Shown piece by piece: positions 61,717 to 64,000 of a DNA stretch of 64,000 bases. Source of the stretch: Octopus sinensis. Its lineage: Eukaryota. The notes under the pieces are model-generated. The model had not been told where the DNA came from and made no database searches. It worked only from the letters and a program-made list of their open reading frames with translations. The stretch spans positions 24,800,001 to 24,864,000 of the forward strand of contig NC_043018.1 of assembly GCF_006345805.1 (NCBI RefSeq), read 5' to 3'. Each line of letters opens with the position of its first letter. The stretch's first letter is position 1. The position numbers and the translations under genes are program-made.

Positions 61717-62987
61717 GGCAGTGAGCTGGTAAAATCGTTAGCGCGCTGGACAAAATGCTTAACAGCATTTTGTCCACCACTACATTCTGGGTTCAAATTC
61801 CGCCAAGGTCACATTTGCCTTTCATCCCTTTGGGGTCGATAAAATCCAGTACCAGTTGAACACTGGGAGATGCGATGTAATTGACTCATCCCCACCTATC
61901 CCAAGCTGCCCTTGCAGCAAAAATTTAAAATAATTATTAATATTATTATTATTATTATGATTAATAATAATGCTGCTGCTGCTATTATTATTATTATTAT
62001 TACTATTATTATCATTATTATTATTATTGTTGTTATTATGTAAGGTGGCAAACTGGCAGAATTGTTAGCACTCTGGGCAAAATGCTTAGCGGCATTCTGC
62101 CTGTCTTTACGTTCTGAGTTCAAACTCTACCAAGGTCGACTTTGGTTTGCATTCCTTCAGGGTCAATAAATTAAGTACTACTGAAACACTAGTCCCCTCC
62201 CCAGAAAATTCTAGCTTTGTGCCTTAAATAGAAAGGATTATTATTAGCATTATTATTAAGACGGCAAGCTGGCAGAATTGTTAGCATGCCGGGCGAAATG
62301 CTTAGCAGTATTTCATCTGTCTACATTCTGAGTTCAAATTCTACTTAATTTATCATCATTTCAGGGTTGGTAAATTAAGTACCAGTTGAGTACTGGAGTC
62401 GATGAAATCAACTTACCCTCTCCCCAAAATTACTTGCTTTGTGCCTAAAAGTGAAATCATTATTATTACCATTAGTAGTATTGTTATCATTATTATTATT
62501 ATTATTATTAGGGTGGTGAGCTGGCAGAATCATTAGTACACCAGGTGAAATGCTTAGTGGTATTTCAACTGTTTTTACTTTTCTGAGTTCACATTCCACC
62601 GAGGTCGACTTTGCCTTTCATCCTTTTGGGGTTGATGAAATAAGTGCCAGTTGCACACTGGGGTCGATGTAATCGAGTGATCCCCTCCCCTTAAATTGCT
62701 GGCCTTGTGCCAAAACCTGAAATCATCATCATTATTATTATTATTATTATTATATTATTATTATTATTAGGGTGGTGAGCTGGCAGAATCATTAGTACAC
62801 CAGGTGAAATGCTTAGTGGTATTTCAACTGTTTTTACTTTTCTGAGTTCACATTCCACCGAGGTCGACTTTGCCTTTCATCCTTTTGGGGTTGATGAAAT
62901 AAGTGCCAGTTGCACACTGGGGTCGATGTAATCGAGTGATCCCCTCCCCTTAAATTGCTGGCCTTGTGCCAAAACCTGAAATCATCA

Positions 62988-63032
<45 letters not shown>

Positions 63033-63750
63033 GGCGGCGAGCTGGTAGAATCGTTAGCACACCGGGCGAAATGCTTAGCAGTATTTCGTCTGCGGTTACG
63101 TCCTGAGTTCAAATTCCGCCGAGGTCGACTTTGCCTTTCATCCTTTTGGGGTTGATGAAATAAGTGCCAGTTGCACACTGGGGTCGATGTAATCGAGTGA
63201 TCCCCTCCCCTTAAATTGCTGGCCTTGTGCCAAAACCTGAAATCATCATCATTATTATTATTATTATATTATTATTATTATTATTATTATTATTTAGGCA
63301 GTGAGCTGGCAGAGTTGTTAGCACGCCAGGCAAAATGCTTAGCAATATTTCATCCATCTTTACATTCTGAGTTCAAATTCTGCCGAGGTCAACTTTATCA
63401 TTCATCCTTTTTGGGTTGATAAATTAAGTACCAGTGAAACACTGGGGTCAACATAATCAACAAGTCACCTTCTGCCAAATTTCAGGCCTTGTGCCTATAA
63501 TAGAAATTATTATTATTATTATTATTATTTAGGCAGTGAGCTGGCAGAGTTGTTAGCACGCCAGGCAAAATGCTTAGCAATATTTCATCCATCTTTACAT
63601 TCTGAGTTCAAATTCCACTGAGGTCAGCTTTGCCTTTCATCCTTTTGGGGTCGATAAAATAAGTACCATTTGAGTTACTGGGGTCAATTTAATCGACTAT
63701 CCCCCTCCCACAAATTTCAGGCCTTCTGCCTATCATAGAAACGGTCATTA
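61715..63750 (+). mobile_element. Array of eight head-to-tail family 2 SINEs separated by (ATT)n
   Basis: Heads at ~61715, 62042, 62258, 62510, 62769, 63032, 63296 and 63531. Confidence 0.92.
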
Positions 63751-64000
63751 TTATGATTATAACTTTTTCTTCTTCCTTTTTCCTCTCTCTCTCACACACA
63801 CACACACAAACGCACACATGCAATTTGCTATTTTTTCCTACTCATTCAATATCTTCTCTTTCTCTCTCGCTCACATAGACAGACAAATCCAATGGGAGTC
63901 GACCAACACCCCTACCCAACTCACTGTCCCCTAATTCCCCCTGATCCTTTCCCTCCTCCCCCCTCTGAAACAAACAAGTCCAGCTCAAGACACTCCCCCA

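Overview
AT-rich, microsatellite-saturated animal genomic DNA. The SINE repertoire and repeat style point to an octopus (coleoid cephalopod); this is inferred, not proven. Only one host coding exon is well supported: an 89-nt minus-strand exon (46614-46702) of a cytosolic purine 5'-nucleotidase (NT5C2/cN-II-like) gene. No neighbouring NT5C2 exons were recognised, so most of the window is probably intron. The rest is a layered transposable-element landscape: at least three tRNA-headed SINE families (one in head-to-tail arrays), many 5'-truncated RTE-type LINE 3' ends (one cleanly nested in another), an R4/Dong-type RLE retroelement fragment in (TAA)n, Tc1/mariner relics and MITEs, hAT and piggyBac-type MITEs, and Helitron-like non-autonomous elements. 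The most notable hidden signal is three families of short, ORF-less repeats, often with inverted ends and Penelope-like in structure, that fold into minimal type I hammerhead-ribozyme architectures. Two of the three carry family-wide non-canonical catalytic cores (U at position 6; C at position 4). Nearly all ORFs in the supplied track are translations of (TA)n/(CA)n or trinucleotide repeats.
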